Below are positions 25,823 through 39,620 of a stretch of 64,000 bases of DNA, one piece after another. The notes under the pieces are model-generated. The model saw nothing but the letters and a program-made list of their open reading frames with translations, did no database searches and was not told where the DNA came from. Position 1 is the first letter of the stretch. Every line of letters starts with the position of its first letter. The position numbers and the translations under genes were made by a program. Source of the stretch: Ginglymostoma cirratum (Eukaryota); contig JAHRHZ010000267.1 in assembly GCA_024137785.1 (NCBI GenBank), positions 14,335,454 through 14,399,453 on the forward strand. The letters run 5' to 3'.

Positions 25823-26294
25823 TGGAAGAGTTATGCAGGAAGAGTATAGATGGGCATGGTTAAGTTACAATCTTAAGAAATAGTTTCGGTGTGATGATCC
25901 TTGGTAGGCAAGTTTAATTTGTACCGGGCATTAGTTTTCCATCTGGATTGCTGTCCCCAGTATTTTAGCCCTTCTTGCAACTTCCAATTTCTTGTTCTGC
26001 ATGGGTTTACTGTCCTACGTATTGTGAAAAATGTGTAATTATAATGCATATTTTATAAGGAAGCTGCTCTGTCTTTAAAATAGGCACAGGGAGTATTATG
26101 ACAATTGCCCCTGAAAGCCACATAAGTTCTTTTGTGGATTCAACTGTGGCCTATGCAGAAAATCAGACTGTGTTATCTTAAGAATCAATCACAAAGAAAC
26201 ACTAAATAAATAAAGAATTCCACAAGAGAATGTGAAGACTCAAAGCTTCTGCATTGTCGAGCAAGAGATAGAAGGCGCACTGAAACACAATAGA

Positions 26295-26652
26295 TCATGA
26301 GGGTTCGATGGTCGATGTGAGAGGATGCATCATTTTATGTGGGAATCTAAAACTAGGGGTCACTGTCTAAGGATCAGAGGTCACCCATTTAAAACAGAGG
26401 AAGGAAATGTTTTCCTAGCGACCAGTCATAAATTTTCAGACCACTCTTCTTGAAAAGGTAATGGAAATAGAGCCCTTCAATATTTTTATGGCAGAGGGGG
26501 ATAATTCTTGTAAAGCAGGGCAATGAAAGGTTATCAGGGATGGGTAGGAATGTGGATTTGAGATTTCAATCAGATCTATAATGACCTTAGTGAATGGCAG
26601 TGCAGACTCAAGGGGCTTAAAGTCCTTTCACTTCTTATTCGCATGTTCATAT
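26295..26652 (+). mobile_element. CR1 LINE 3' fragment
   Basis: GAATCTAAAACTAGGGGTCAC (SRTRGH motif) through a CR1 3' UTR ending ...TGTTCATATG. Confidence 0.7.
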
Positions 26653-26716
26653 GGGATCACAAGGAATTCTAGCATCATTGACCTTATCAAGGTTAACATT
26701 TGCAGCCTGTTTGTTT

Positions 26717-27300
26717 GATGTGATAAAAGCTGACTGAGAGGTCCTTTCGAAGGAGAACCATGTGACCTCCAGAACAGAGATGTCTTGAAAAAAAACAACT
26801 GCTTCCCAACAGGATGACCGAGGGAGACATCCAAGTCTGCTATATGGAAGCAGGCTACGAAGAACCATAACCTGCTGTAAAAGTAAAAGAAAAGACCCTA
26901 CACTGATGCCCAGAAGCTGTTCTGCTCAGTCTAGTTGTGAAACCAATTTCCAACTTCAGAAGGCTACAGAAGCTACTGAATTTGACTTCAAGTTTCAACT
27001 CTCTATACTTCAGAAAGAGAAATTTTAAGGAAGTCAGGCCAGGTATATTAGAAACTGTTCTCATTTACATAAATCCTCAAACATAACTGTTATCCAAACT
27101 TGTTTTAAATCTTTGCATCTGCATATTGACTAAATAGTTTGCCACTTTTTACTTAAGTACTTTCAGCAGTAGAATAATAAATTAACATTATGCACTGCTG
27201 CTGGTTATTTTAAATTGAAATGTTCAAAAATTAAAAGGGGCTTACGTACGTACTTATACACACTTTTATGTCACTGCCACTCTGTGCAAACACCTTGCAA
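26717..27300 (+). mobile_element. LTR-like fragment
   Basis: Internal similarity to 39000-39400 (AAGGA...CCAGAAGCTG...TTCAAG) and AATAAA. Ends unclear. Confidence 0.3.
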
Positions 27301-27899
27301 GACAAAGATAAGGGCCATAGAGAAGATGCTGGAGATTAGACAGATTGCACAGATAGAGATACTCTGATCAAACAGATCATGTGAAGCGCAGCTTTTGAGA
27401 TTCCATGAAATGTTTATTACTGATCCAGTTCTAGTTCATAGTTGGTGTATTGGGGTGTTCTTAATTGTCACTGGAGAGGGTTACACCCTGACCTGCAGAC
27501 ATCTTTCCATTCAGCTTTCAACCTTAAGAAAAGGTCACCTTTTTCCCTGAAAGAGACAAATGTCTTAAACAGTAGTTGCCATGAGAACTCCCAGAGGAAG
27601 CAGCCAACTTGTGTTGCAATTTTGGTATCGATTGTCTGTTGAGGACATGATACCTTTCAGCTCAGACAGAGTACAACAATGTGCACACAGCAATATGTGT
27701 GGAAACAATGTCCCATCATCTTTGAAAAACCAGGAGTCCTGAAAACATTAAAATCATTGCCCCGCAGAATGATCTATGATGTACACAGCTGTTCACCTTT
27801 CACTAAATGGTCCAGACCACAGACTATAACCTCTGCAACATTAATGGCTAATGCTGGAGGTCAGTGCATGTCTCTTGTGCAAAGTGATAGTTTTGAAAT

Positions 27900-28240
27900 A
27901 GAAACAGAATTATTACAGCACAGAAGGAGGCATTCAATTCTGCAACCATTCACCAATTCACTCAGAACCATTATCCCGCTCTCTCCCTTTAACCCTGCTC
28001 ATTCTTCCTTTTCAGATAATAATCTAATTCCTTTTCAAATGCTTCAGTTAAACCTGCCTCCATCATACTCTCAGGAAGTGCATTCCAGACTGTAACCGCT
28101 CATTGTGTGAAATGGATTTTCATTCTCTCTTTTGCTGCTTTAACCAATTATTTTTGGTCTGTACTCCTTTCATTCTTGATCCTTTCTTGAACAAGAATAA
28201 TTTCTCCCAATCTGACTTGCCCACTCATGATTTAGAATGC
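27900..28240 (-). mobile_element. CR1 LINE 3' fragment
   Basis: ATAGAAACAGAATTATTACAGCACAGAAGGAGGCATTC reverse tail, then CATTCCAGA..AACCGCTC.TTGTGTGAAA. Confidence 0.6.
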
Positions 28241-28326
28241 CACCAACAAACACGGGCTCATTGGTGTGCGAGTAGGTTTGGTGGATACAGTAATATATTT
28301 TAGCCTAACATGACAATATTGTAGGT

Positions 28327-29265
28327 GTTATAAAATGGAGGCTGACCCCCTCAGATAACTAAAACTGAAACATCTAGAGAGGCTTGTCTTGCCATATAAT
28401 CTGTTAAAAGAAGTGTGAAAAGTGATATAACTTGCCTCTCACTTTCAAGCTGTTATAAAGGAGTGGTTAAGTGAAATGAACTCCTTTCACTCACTCTATA
28501 ATCAACAAGTATCAATTAATTTATCTAAGTCTAACGGTGGACAAATTAACTGAACCATTAACAAACCAAACAATTCCCCCTTAACTACTAACTATTCCAG
28601 AATAAAACAACATTCTCATGGGATGTTGTTTCAATAAATACAAATCCCACTTATATAAACCAAAAATAATTTTAAAAAATTAAAAATTAGCCTCTTGAAA
28701 TTATAGCCAGGATACGTCTTCCAGAATATTCTATGCTTTCTCTGCTGATCTTCAGTCAGGGACGCCTTCCTCTGTTGAATTCTTGTGTCAGGAAAATTAG
28801 CTAAGAGTGCAGCTGTACCTAAGTTAGATGATAGCTCTTCTGAGAGCTTAGCGAATTCTGCGTGAGCCAGTGATTTTCTCTTTAGAGCTGATGGTTGTTA
28901 ACTCTCACCCTGATTTTCAAGTGCCCGCTTCTTTTGTACCCTTGATGACATATCAATTTCTTACAATAGAATTGGTCCTAGTTGTAAAAACTATCAGATT
29001 TAAATTTAATTGGTTTTTTTCTCTCTACGTGCCTGGTTTAAATTAATTGGCTGATATTCGAACTGCTGGCCTTGCTAACAAAACAAGACTGCTGCCTGGA
29101 TAACTAACCACACAGCCTTTGATACAAATGTTTCAACTTCAGGAGCTCTCTGTCCATCTGCAAGCCTCAAGCTGCCCACAGACTTTTTTTGAATGTCTAA
29201 GCACAGATAAAGTGCATCATCTTTTAAAGGAACCATGCACTCTTTCCCCCATCACGTTATAAACA
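28327..29265 (-). mobile_element. Solo-LTR-like element
   Basis: TGTTATAA...TTATAAACA inverted termini about 940 bp apart. Confidence 0.45.
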
Positions 29266-31479
29266 TCAAATTCTAACATCCCGCCTTCTCATCTCCACTC
29301 TGAACATTCTGTATTCAACTTAGTTCTCAGTTGTATTTTCTACAAACCAACTGTCATAAGCGCACTTTCTCTTCTTTACCTTAATTATTTTTCTATTTAT
29401 GGCATCGGGGGAGCTCTGGCTTTGTACTACTTTTCTATTTTAAGAAAATGTACCTTGATTGTGTCTGAAATTCCTCTTTTTCAAACATGGCCCATTGTTC
29501 AGCCCTGATCTGATCTCACCCTATTTTTGTTGTTTCTGGATCTGAGGGTCTACAAAGGGTTAATACTGAGAAGTGCCATGAGCACCATCCACACTAAGTA
29601 TTTTATAAGGTTAGAACAGCTTACGATCTTGAAGGAGTGAGATTAAACATTGGGATCTTTTCAAAGTCTCTGGTGGAATCTTATACGGGTTCTAAATGAT
29701 ATGGGATCTGGTGGGAAATCTGGGACATTCAAGTCCAGCAAGCCTTTCACGACGTCAGGAGCAACATGTCGCATTTTCCACCAGAGTTGAGATGAGATTT
29801 TCATTAGGGAATGGTGAGGTGCCTGTAAAAGGACTATTGCTGATCGTCATGCTGAGTTGCACCTCACTAATATCAGGACATACTCCAAGGCTGTGGCCAC
29901 ATGCACCTCATGTTCATGGTCATTGCAGACTTGTACCAGCTGCTTGATACCATCGTTGCACATCTCCAACTGTCTTAAAGTATACATCTGCACAGTGATG
30001 CTACATTCTGGGCAGAGGAGCATCATTCAGTGCAACACTGCTGGAAGAGTGCTTTGTCACAGAGTCAGGCACCCAAATCACAGATTGGGCCAGGCTGTAT
30101 ATCTCATTTGCTCTCTTAGCACTTACTCGGTTTCTACCCACCTGGTTGCCCATAGTATCATTGCCTTTCGCTGCCCCGCCTTGCCATACCTTTTAGTGCT
30201 TTGTCTCCTGAGCCAGAGCATAAAGACTCTGTTTTACAAGCTTGATTCTCAGTGCAGACACAGCACCAGGCAGTGTCTGGTCTTGGTCAGCAATTATTGG
30301 TCTTAAAGGTCTGACACAACTGCGAGCACTGCATTCTATTTAACCTTTAGGCATTAGTTTATTGTCTGCATTGCTGCTCCATGTTGCAGAGTGGGAAGTA
30401 AGCTACTGCTACTGGACTGTGTATGGGCAATGGGGAAATTGTAGCTGATCATTACCTTGGCAGTTGTGTTCTAACTTTCCAAACAAACAGGCATTGCTAT
30501 TGCATCATAGCTTTAATGGGGTTTGCTCCTTATCCTGCATGAAATGATCAGGGGCGTTTGTGGCAAGGAGCAGCAATGTGCATGATATAGTAATGATGAA
30601 GGATCACACAGAATGCAGCTCTGGAATGTCCTGTGAGGAGACTACTGTGGGAGCCTGTGCATGGCTGCTCCTCTAGTTGGGTGCCTACTGGCACCACCCT
30701 GTCTCCTTGTGAGGAAGGCACACTTGGAGTGGGATCAAAGTTTGTCACCCTGCTGTTGCCTTGCAGTTGGTGCTGAAGTCCAATGACTAGAGCAATAGAG
30801 GATAGGCTCGTGCCTATCCAGCAGATCCTGGGACTGCCAGACCTGGCCTTCTGACAAACCTGCCATCTGCTCTAGTGTCAGCTTGTGTGTACTGATATTG
30901 ATTGATGGTTGATTGTTGACACCACAGGGTCCTCTCATGCCTGTGGCTGAGCCGATACCTGGTCTCTGGCAGCCATCCGAATGCCAGGGGTCTGGGGCAT
31001 TTCTTTCTCAACCAGATGTGAAAACATGGCATTGAAGCGTTCACCAGTAGGTTTACCCAACTCTAACCTAGAAAACATACCACTAAAATGTCAATATCTG
31101 AGTTGGCGGGGGAGTACAGCCTTGCTGGAATTTTCCCTGAGACATCCATGTTCTCTTCCTCAGAGGTGGGAAAAGCAGTCTCTTGTGGCATGGCCTTCTG
31201 GACCATGGCTACTGTGAACAAGACACCAAAGAAAGAATCTAGTTACTAAGTGACTAAGGCAAATGGGACTAGTCCATTTCAGGAAACCTGGTCAGCATGG
31301 ATGAGTTGGGCCAAAGGGTCAGTTTCTGCGCTGTATGACTCAATGACTCTGGAAATTGTGAGATATTAAGGAGAAATTCACATTGGGATAATGGAGAACT
31401 AGCATAACAATGGAAATTGCTTCTTACTTGATTGTTTGGACATGAATGTTTCAATGTGCCCACAAGAGCAGTTCTGGCC

Positions 31480-32060
31480 TTCAATGGCAGGGACCAAGAT
31501 CTTCTCCTCAAAGTGGGTGAGGAGCTGAATATCAGGGACCTCACTACCTCTCCTGGCCCTCTTGGTCTTGTTATGGGCTATTTTTTTCTCCTGTAACAAG
31601 AGAAGGGGCTGATGGATAAGGATGACAATGGGTGGCACATTTTTTGCACTGGTGCAGGTAGGGGAAGCATACTGAAGTGTTCCAAGTGAGTGAATAGGTA
31701 GTGATAAGGGATTAGTACTGTAGGGAGTGGAAAGCAATCACCGTTAGAGCAAAGATGTTACTTGCAATAGTAAGAATGGTAGAGCATGAGCTTTGCTGGA
31801 AGGTGTGTGAATAGCAGACATAGAGTGAATGTGAGATAGTAAAATAAAAGTTGGTGGCACTTAACCTGACAAAGTGGAGAAGGTCATTGACTGCTATGTG
31901 TTCCTCCGGATCATTGATACCACCGTGACCTAGGTGGTGACCTCCATCCAGGCTGGCAGAGTCTTGTTCCGTGACCTGCCTTGTCAGTCCGGGGAGAAGG
32001 GGATGTCCCTCCTGCACACCACTTGCGGCACCAAGACTTCTAGGGCCTGCCTGCAAACTT
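31480..32060 (-). mobile_element. PIF/Harbinger-type transposon relic (Myb/SANT-like accessory ORF)
   Basis: Frameshifted Myb/SANT-like segment ending VNDLLHF, homologous in layout to 58830-59040. Confidence 0.45.
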
Positions 32061-32604
32061 CAGTATCAATTGTCCCTTATCAGCTTATGTCTGGGGCAAG
32101 TAAACTAGACCAGGCAGACTACTAGCACTTGACTGGATACACAATAATGTTTTTAAAATAACATTTGCACCAAGGATGCTGGTCCATTCTGGGATATCCA
32201 TCCTGAAATGAATACTTCTGGATATGGAGATTGGAAGAACCAGGGCAGCAACAGATGGGCTGAGCTCAGTAAGATAGTTAATGAAGTGCAGTTTGGTTGA
32301 TCACATGAGAAAACTTATGAGTCATTGTTGAAAAAAACATCCTTGAAACTTAGCAAAAATGACATTTTTTTCATTGCTAGCACACAATAAATTGTATCTT
32401 GCTAGCTGCAAGATTTCTTCTAGTTCGACCAAGAAGTGGTTATACTCTACCATGCTACACCAAGCAGACAATGTACTGTCGGAAACTAAAGAAGATGGTG
32501 TCAGCAATCCTTGTTATGAACAACAGCTCACATAGCACAGTGGACAGGCATATCTATACAGCAATTTAAGTTGTTCCACTGGATTGGTCCTTGTCTTTTC
32601 CCAA

Positions 32605-32949
32605 AGTCATAGAATCATAAAATCTCTACAGTGTGGAAGCAGACCATCTGGCCCATCAAATCCACAGTGACCGTCTGAAGAGCATCCCTCCAGACCGACC
32701 CATCTCCGTAACCCTGCATTTCCCATGGATAACCCACTTGACCTGAGCATCCCTGCACACTATGGGCAATTGAGCATGGCTGATCCACCTAACCTGCACA
32801 TCTTTGGACTTTGAGAGGAAACCAAAGCACCTGGAGGAAACCCACGCTGACATGGGGAGAATGTGTAAACTCCACACAGTCGCCCAAGGATGGAATCAAA
32901 CCCGGTACTATGAGACAGCAGTGCTACCCTCTGAGCCACCATGCTGCCC
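32605..32949 (-). mobile_element. HE1-type V-SINE, full length
   Basis: Minus strand has the GGGCAGCATGGTGGCTCAG tRNA head, the V-domain TGTGTGGAGTTTACACATTCTCCCC...GGGTTTCCTCC and a CR1-like tail with CTATGA repeats. Confidence 0.9.
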
Positions 32950-32999
32950 AGTGTGTCAACCTAAACCTTATGGTACAATGATCACTTGTCCCCAAAATG

Positions 33000-34140
33000 T
33001 TCTCCTGAGGCTTGACCCATTTGTCTCACCTCAATCCCAGGAGCCAAGTCTCGTGGCTCTCTCTTTCTCTTTGGGCTAGAACCATACTGTTAGAGAAACT
33101 TTTCCTGAACATACTTTAAAAACCCATATCCCTCCCTCACTGCTCTCTACAAATATACACTCTATATTATGAATAATTTAAGTCCCTTATTATAACTACA
33201 TTACGTTTTCTGCACTTCTCTGTAATTTTTGTGCAATTTGTTCTTCTGCACTTTTTCCATGAATTGGGAGCCCATGAACAACACTGGGAACATTTTTGGT
33301 GCTCTAGCAAGTCGAACAGTTTAGCTTTAGCAAATAGATTCCTCTGGGACATGCTTTTCCTCTAACATTGCAATGTTCTTAATCAATATCACTTCATTTA
33401 TACCACCAACATCCTGCCCCACTTCACCTATCTTTCTTTCCCATCTTTCTGGAACACCTTGAATCCAGGAATGAACACCCTATCTTGTGTTCCTCTGCAA
33501 CAGGTCTCTGTTATAGCCATAACGTCATATTTTTACCTGGCAGCCTGTGCCTGCAACTCTACAATCTTACCAATCACATGCATGCACAGTAACCCTGATT
33601 TTGACTTTATTCCTTTCTCGCTTACTCTGACCCCATCTATAAACTTACCATTCCTTTTTCTGGTACCATTTAATTGTCCCAGTATTTTGTGAGCCTGAGT
33701 ATTGCTCTCTGGCACTACTGTGTGGCTTCTACATCCCTGCTAAATCTGCTCATGTTCTCCCCATTAGCACTGCAAAAGAAGGAACTCATTTCCAACTTTA
33801 TCGAGGTGCAACCCATCTATCCTGTATAAGTCCTAAGTACCTCAGTGTGAGTGCCAATGTCTCAAGAATCTAAACCCCTTCCTTCCAAACAAACTTTTCA
33901 GACACACATTCAATCTTCTTTATCTGTACTCACATGTAGCACTGGACATAATCTAGAAATGACTAATTTCCTCCTTAGTTCCTGTAATTCTGACTTCAGG
34001 ACCAAACATCACTTTCTGCCTGTTGTTTGCACCAATGTAGACCTTGAAATGTGACCATTTTTCATCCCCCTTTAGGGTTCTCTGCAGCCACTCTGTAACA
34101 TCTTTAAGGTTGGCATCAGGAAGCTAACATGTCATCCCAG
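33000..34140 (-). mobile_element. CR1 LINE ORF1-end / endonuclease region, decayed
   Basis: Minus strand: IGKIVELQAQ..YDVMAITET, VVIIRDLNY (GDFN motif). Confidence 0.65.
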
Positions 34141-36339
34141 ATTCACATCTGTGGGATATGAGGCACTGGGCTTCTAAAGAAGCTAATATGATGATAATAA
34201 CAGGATTAATGATGACAACCTATATCTTCAATAGTAAAACACTTGAATCACCTTTCAGTAAACAGTGATTTTGCAGCAATTGACAAATATGGAATAACTT
34301 CCCCAACAGCCATCTGCAAAATTACAATTTAGCAAGACATTGAATTTAAAATCAACTGTAATTTCCAGCCCATTGGCAAAGACATTAATGTCTTTACTAA
34401 GACTAGGAAGAAACGTAGAGATAAATAAGAAGTGACATTTTATTACATAAAAAATCAGAACTAGTTCATTTATATCAAGATTAACAAATTATCAATTCAG
34501 CCCACTTATGCTGCTGCCAAGTTATGCTAAATTCAACCCAGAAGTGTTTGATATTAGCCCAAAGTATGAATAAAAATAGAAGATTACCTAGTTCTCCTCA
34601 GCCAGCTCTGCATCAAAATCCACATTTTTCACTAAAGTAAAGTTACTTTCTAGGACAAATGGAGATCACACATCAGAGATTCAAAAACACAAATTGATGA
34701 AATTCAAAATAACAAAACTATTTCAAGTGGTTCATTAAAAATATTTCTCCCCAATTATTGTAGTTCTGTGTGTTATGATGTGTATAGAATTGCTTAGCTC
34801 TATCCTGTTGAGAAACTGTGTTCAAAAACGTTCAATAAAAATGATTCAACCAGGGATAAGAACTGCTTTCACTCCTTAATACCACTGGGCAAAGGAGAGA
34901 AGAGCATCTTACATCTGTTATATAACAGACAAGGTTTCTGTGATTTTTATAGTTTGGAAAGGAGAGAGAAAGAGTTGCAAGACTGTTCAGAAACGCTTGG
35001 CCCAACAGCTAATAGATTCACAGAGTTAGTGCCCAGTCTAGGGAATCTAAGCGCAAGGTATGGTAACTAAACTCAGGATGTTATTTTTCAGTGCAGCTGC
35101 AGGAGGCTGATACTGCTGCTGCTAGGAAATAGTGACAACTGATATGTGTGTGTTCTTTTTTAACTAGTGTTATCTCACAGCTCTGTGTTATGTGTCGGAA
35201 GAAAGAAAAACAAGGATGAGGAAGTGTTATTGCTCAGTAGGCATCTGAAGAATCTTTCCTGGGGGCTGCAGTGCTAATGGCCTGAAGTTCTCCTCATATG
35301 AAACATATGGTCCCAGTGGGAATACAACATGGTTATTACTTTGGTTTGGAGAGATTTATTAATGATCTCTTAAATAATAGAAGCCATTCCACAGGTATTG
35401 AGAACTGACTGCTTAAAATTCATTGCTTATGCTGTCTTTCCATAATTACATATAATTAAACTTGTTACCAATGTTGAGAAACTTTGATGAACACCTCTAG
35501 TGCAATTGAAAATGAATGTGTTTTAATTTGAAAGTACAACCTGTAACAAATAAGAAACTCAAATTACTTACTTATCAGTAAGTGACAAATGAGGGAGTTA
35601 AATTATCAGTGAATAGAACTTGTCAGAATTCATCTATCACAACGTGAAACATCTTTTGTTTTTCATTTGAATGGTACCTTGAAGAGAGGTTAAACTACTC
35701 AGTAGTCAGCTGAGATAGTGCAGAAACAGAATGCAGCAGTAAGCTTCCTGTGTTGTAGTCTTTGATTGTTACCTATTGTCAATTAATTACCAAACTAATT
35801 TCACTGAAATACCTATTGAATTTAAAGTCAATGACAAACGGTGTTACGGGTTACTTTTCAAAAAGCTAAGAAATCTTAAAATGTTATCTGCTAATTGAAT
35901 GATGGAGGATAAGATTCAGTGTTGCGTGAGTTATATTTCTTTCCTATGCCTTGAAAAGATCATCTTCTTCCTGACAGCAGGCAGAGAAAAATAACTAAGT
36001 GGAGGGTTGTCTCATAGATACAATGAGTCAAACTGTCTCTTTCTGTGCTGTAATATGATATTAGAATCCACATTGTGGATATAAGCTAAACTGTATCTAA
36101 TAATGACCAATAGCAATGAGCCAAAGTTAGGAACTACCTCAGCACTTCACTTCTTTTCTCTTTTTCGAACTTACACAAGATTTTCTACCTTTGATTTGTA
36201 AATCTAATGTTTATTCGCTCCTTCCCAAGAATGAGAGTAATCAGTACTCCAATAACAGTATCATCAACGTGCATTGATATCATGATGTAGTATTGAGATA
36301 GTAAAATGTCCCACTGTACTTCATTTCTTAAGTTATTGT

Positions 36340-36900
36340 TTCACAGGATATGGGTATAGCTGGCTAGGCTAGCATTTATTGCCTGTCTCTAACGGTCCTC
36401 TGAAAGGTTGCAGCGAGGTGCCTTCTTGAACTGTTGCAGTTAATGTGGTATAAGTACACCCAAAGGATTACCCCAAAAAGGAATTCAAGGATTACAATTT
36501 AGTCACAGTGAAGGATTGGAGTTATAGGTCCAAATCAAGATGGTATGGAGGAGAATATACAAATGGTGGAGTTCCTGTTCATTGACTACCCTTCAGAGGG
36601 ACAAAATCAGACAATTGTAACACTGAACCACATAAGGTAATACCAGAGAAGGTGACATAAAGCTTGATCAATGAGATAGAGACTAAGAAGTGGCTTAAGG
36701 GAGAAGAGCAAAACGGAAAGATTAAAAGGCTTCATGCTTGAATTCCAGAAACTAGGACCCATGCTGTTGAAGGTACAGTTGCCAATTGGGAAGTGAAGGA
36801 AAATTGGGATGGTTGTGTGTTCACAAAACTGTGGTTACCAATGCTTACCATAATTGGAGTAGCCATAACTGAAATATTGATCAGTGGTGTGGCTGAAAGG
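36340..36900 (-). mobile_element. LINE tail fragment plus L2 3' fragment
   Basis: GCATTTATTGCC...CCTTCTTGAACTG tail (36370-36435), then L2-like GGACCCATGCTGTTGAAGGTACAGTTGCCAATTGG. Confidence 0.5.
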
Positions 36901-37403
36901 ACTGGAAATAACAATGTACTTTTAATTGCCATTTCACATCTTCTTCATCCTCAACTAAAGCTGCACATACCTACTTCAAGCACCTCTTTCTGACTTCATT
37001 GCATCACCTGTCTTCAAGTCAACTTCTGTCTTTCTCCATTCAAGAATTGCCAGCAACCAACCACAGGTGTAGGAACTTGAGATTTGAAGAGGAAAAGGAG
37101 CGATTATGATGGAGTATTCTCTCCGGATCTCGCAGTTGCCATACAGCACAAACATGTTCTCCTCACTCAGGATGACCAGGATTCATGCTCCTATTCCAGT
37201 TTCTCCAACAGTGCACTTGATGCTCCATGTCAGCCAGCTGAGCCTGATGTCAACCAATGGTGAAATGATGAAGCCAAGTCTGGGTTTTCTAGGCTGAGAG
37301 CTGCTTACCGTTGTTTACTGCAGTCCCCCTCATTGAAAGTCAATGGCTTCCAACCATCCGTGCTGCAGCATGGGTGCCTAGTTAGAATTTGGATGTCATA
37401 TTT

Positions 37404-37948
37404 ATAGAGTCAAACAGCACAGAAACAGACCCTTCAGTCAAACTCATCCATGCAACCAAGTTTCCCAAACTAAACTATTCCCATTTGCCTACGTTTAGCC
37501 CATATCCCTCTAAACCTTACCTATACATGTCTATGTCCAAATGTCTTTTAAATGTTGTAACTGTATCTGCATCTATTACTTGCTCCGGCAGTTCATTCTA
37601 CATAGAAATCACCCTCTGTATAAAAACATTGCCCATCAAGTTGCCTTTAAATCTTGCTTCTCTCACCTGAAAATTACCCGTTGTTGTTTTGAACTCCCCC
37701 ACCCTAGGGAAAAGGCCTTTGCTATTCATCTTATCGATGTCCCTCATGGTTTTATAAGCCTCTATAAGGTCACCCCTCATCTACCTTTCCTCCAGTGAAA
37801 AAGGTCGCAGCCTATCCAGCCTCAGTGTATAACTCCAATCTTCCAGTCCCAGTCACATCCTTAGAAATCTCTTCTGCTCCCTCTCCAGTTTAATAATATC
37901 CTTCCTTTAACAGGGCAACCAGAACTGTACGCAATATTCCAGAAGTGG
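37404..37948 (-). mobile_element. CR1 LINE 3' fragment
   Basis: MRGDLIEAYKTMRDIDKMNSKGLFPRVGEFKT; highly similar to 45370-45915. Confidence 0.92.
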
Positions 37949-38535
37949 AAATGGTGGCTTTTGTTTTAGCAATGCAGCCAGCGAGATGCCATAATGGTAT
38001 ATAACACAGAAATGGTAAGGTGTTGTTTTGTTCTTGCAGGAAAATTAATTACTTTAATTGGTGCTGCAATTGGCTGAGCTGATCACATACAGCTCGGCTT
38101 GAAAGCTGAAGTATTAGTTTCCTCCTTCTTTCCGCCTCTTCAGCTGCCCAGGGTATTCCTTTTGACAAGAGCTGTGCTCTCATAATGGCAGCGCCACCAT
38201 ACAACTCCGTATAGGCATAACCAATTTTAAATCGTGGATGAACCATCAAATACAGCTACAATGTCATTAAGAGCCAGCAGAAAATGATCAACATTTAAGC
38301 TGAAAGTAGTGCGGTGTGTAGTGGGTGGTGAGGAGTGAGTCATGTGTGGTCAAAATGCTCTGGGGAAACATGTTCCACTCTGCAAGATTGAGAAAGCATG
38401 TTGGCTGGAGCATTGAGGTCAAGAATGGTTTTAATGAAATTAATGTTATCTTTTGTTACAAACCAATTAAAGACCTTTAACATTTGAAAAGAAGCCCAAT
38501 TACGTTGTTTTAACCACTACAATTATACCACAAGA

Positions 38536-39620
38536 TGTCATGTTGTTTCAAAAACCAGATGTCAACTTCATAGCACATAAATAATTAATCAAAACAACAT
38601 CTATTAACAATGTGGATCCTAACCAAGTGTGTTTTACACTCATGTCTACTTCTTACTTGTCGCAAGCACTTTTTTATAAGAACATCTAATTTCTTAAATT
38701 TCTGTACTTCTGTATGGACCACCCATTAGTACGTCACAGTGCTCTGCAGAATTCTCTTCAGCTCAGTTATTCTCAGAGGTAAAATCTGCATTTTATCACC
38801 TATTGACTTTGGATACCTCAACTCTTTGTCCTGCTCTTTTATATATAAATATATACTTCCAAGATAGTCTGGTTGTTGCTTTCTTTATTTATCAGGAATT
38901 CTGCAGAATCTTCCATTGGTTTCAGATTAATAATCTTTCAGCTTCTGTCACAAAATTCAAACAGATGTTAGGCTGTATATGTCGGTAGCCTTTGACATAG
39001 TGGATAGACTAGTTTACTGTAAGGACCATAGCTCTGAGAACAGTTGTTTAAACATCCCAAGCTGCAGTTAAAGAAAAAGGAAGAACTCTCTTATTCTGAA
39101 GGCAATCGGAGAACCATTACTAAATGAAAATCAGGACAAAAGAGTTTCTATTAACCTGCAAAACCAAGAATCACAAAATTGACTGTTCAACTACCAATGT
39201 CAATGCTACCTGTAGCATTCACTGCAGTGGTTAGAGCATTCAATTATCTGCCCTTCAAGATCAATTCAGTTTGATTTTTAAAACTTTTTATATTTTTGGA
39301 CTCACTTCTTATTTCTAATCTGTACGTATGTGTGTTGTGTTACTATTTCTTCTCGTATTTGGTAATTAAGTATCTCTGTCTTTTTAGAATTTGAGAAAAA
39401 TCTGCTTAAAATGGCTACTTGTTCAACATAATTTCATTTGAGTCCCGATGAAAAAGTATTTACAAGAGAAAGGATCCTTTGAAAATTAACCCTGTTGCCA
39501 CCAAGTGAGGTGGTACATGAACTACTAAGGGGAGCCAGTACACTCCTCAACTCAACTTAAAAGTTTAATGTAGCCCATCTGGAACGGCAACAAATTGTGG
39601 AGCCTCACCTGTTCGTAACA
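38536..39620 (+). mobile_element. Solo-LTR-like element
   Basis: TGTCATG...TCGTAACA termini. The 3' end resembles the reverse complement of the 28327 element start. Confidence 0.4.

Noticed and set aside
34915-35065. TATATAA followed by a donor-like AAG|GTATGG, a possible first exon
   Set aside because: These motifs are expected by chance in AT-rich DNA, with no supporting downstream exon.
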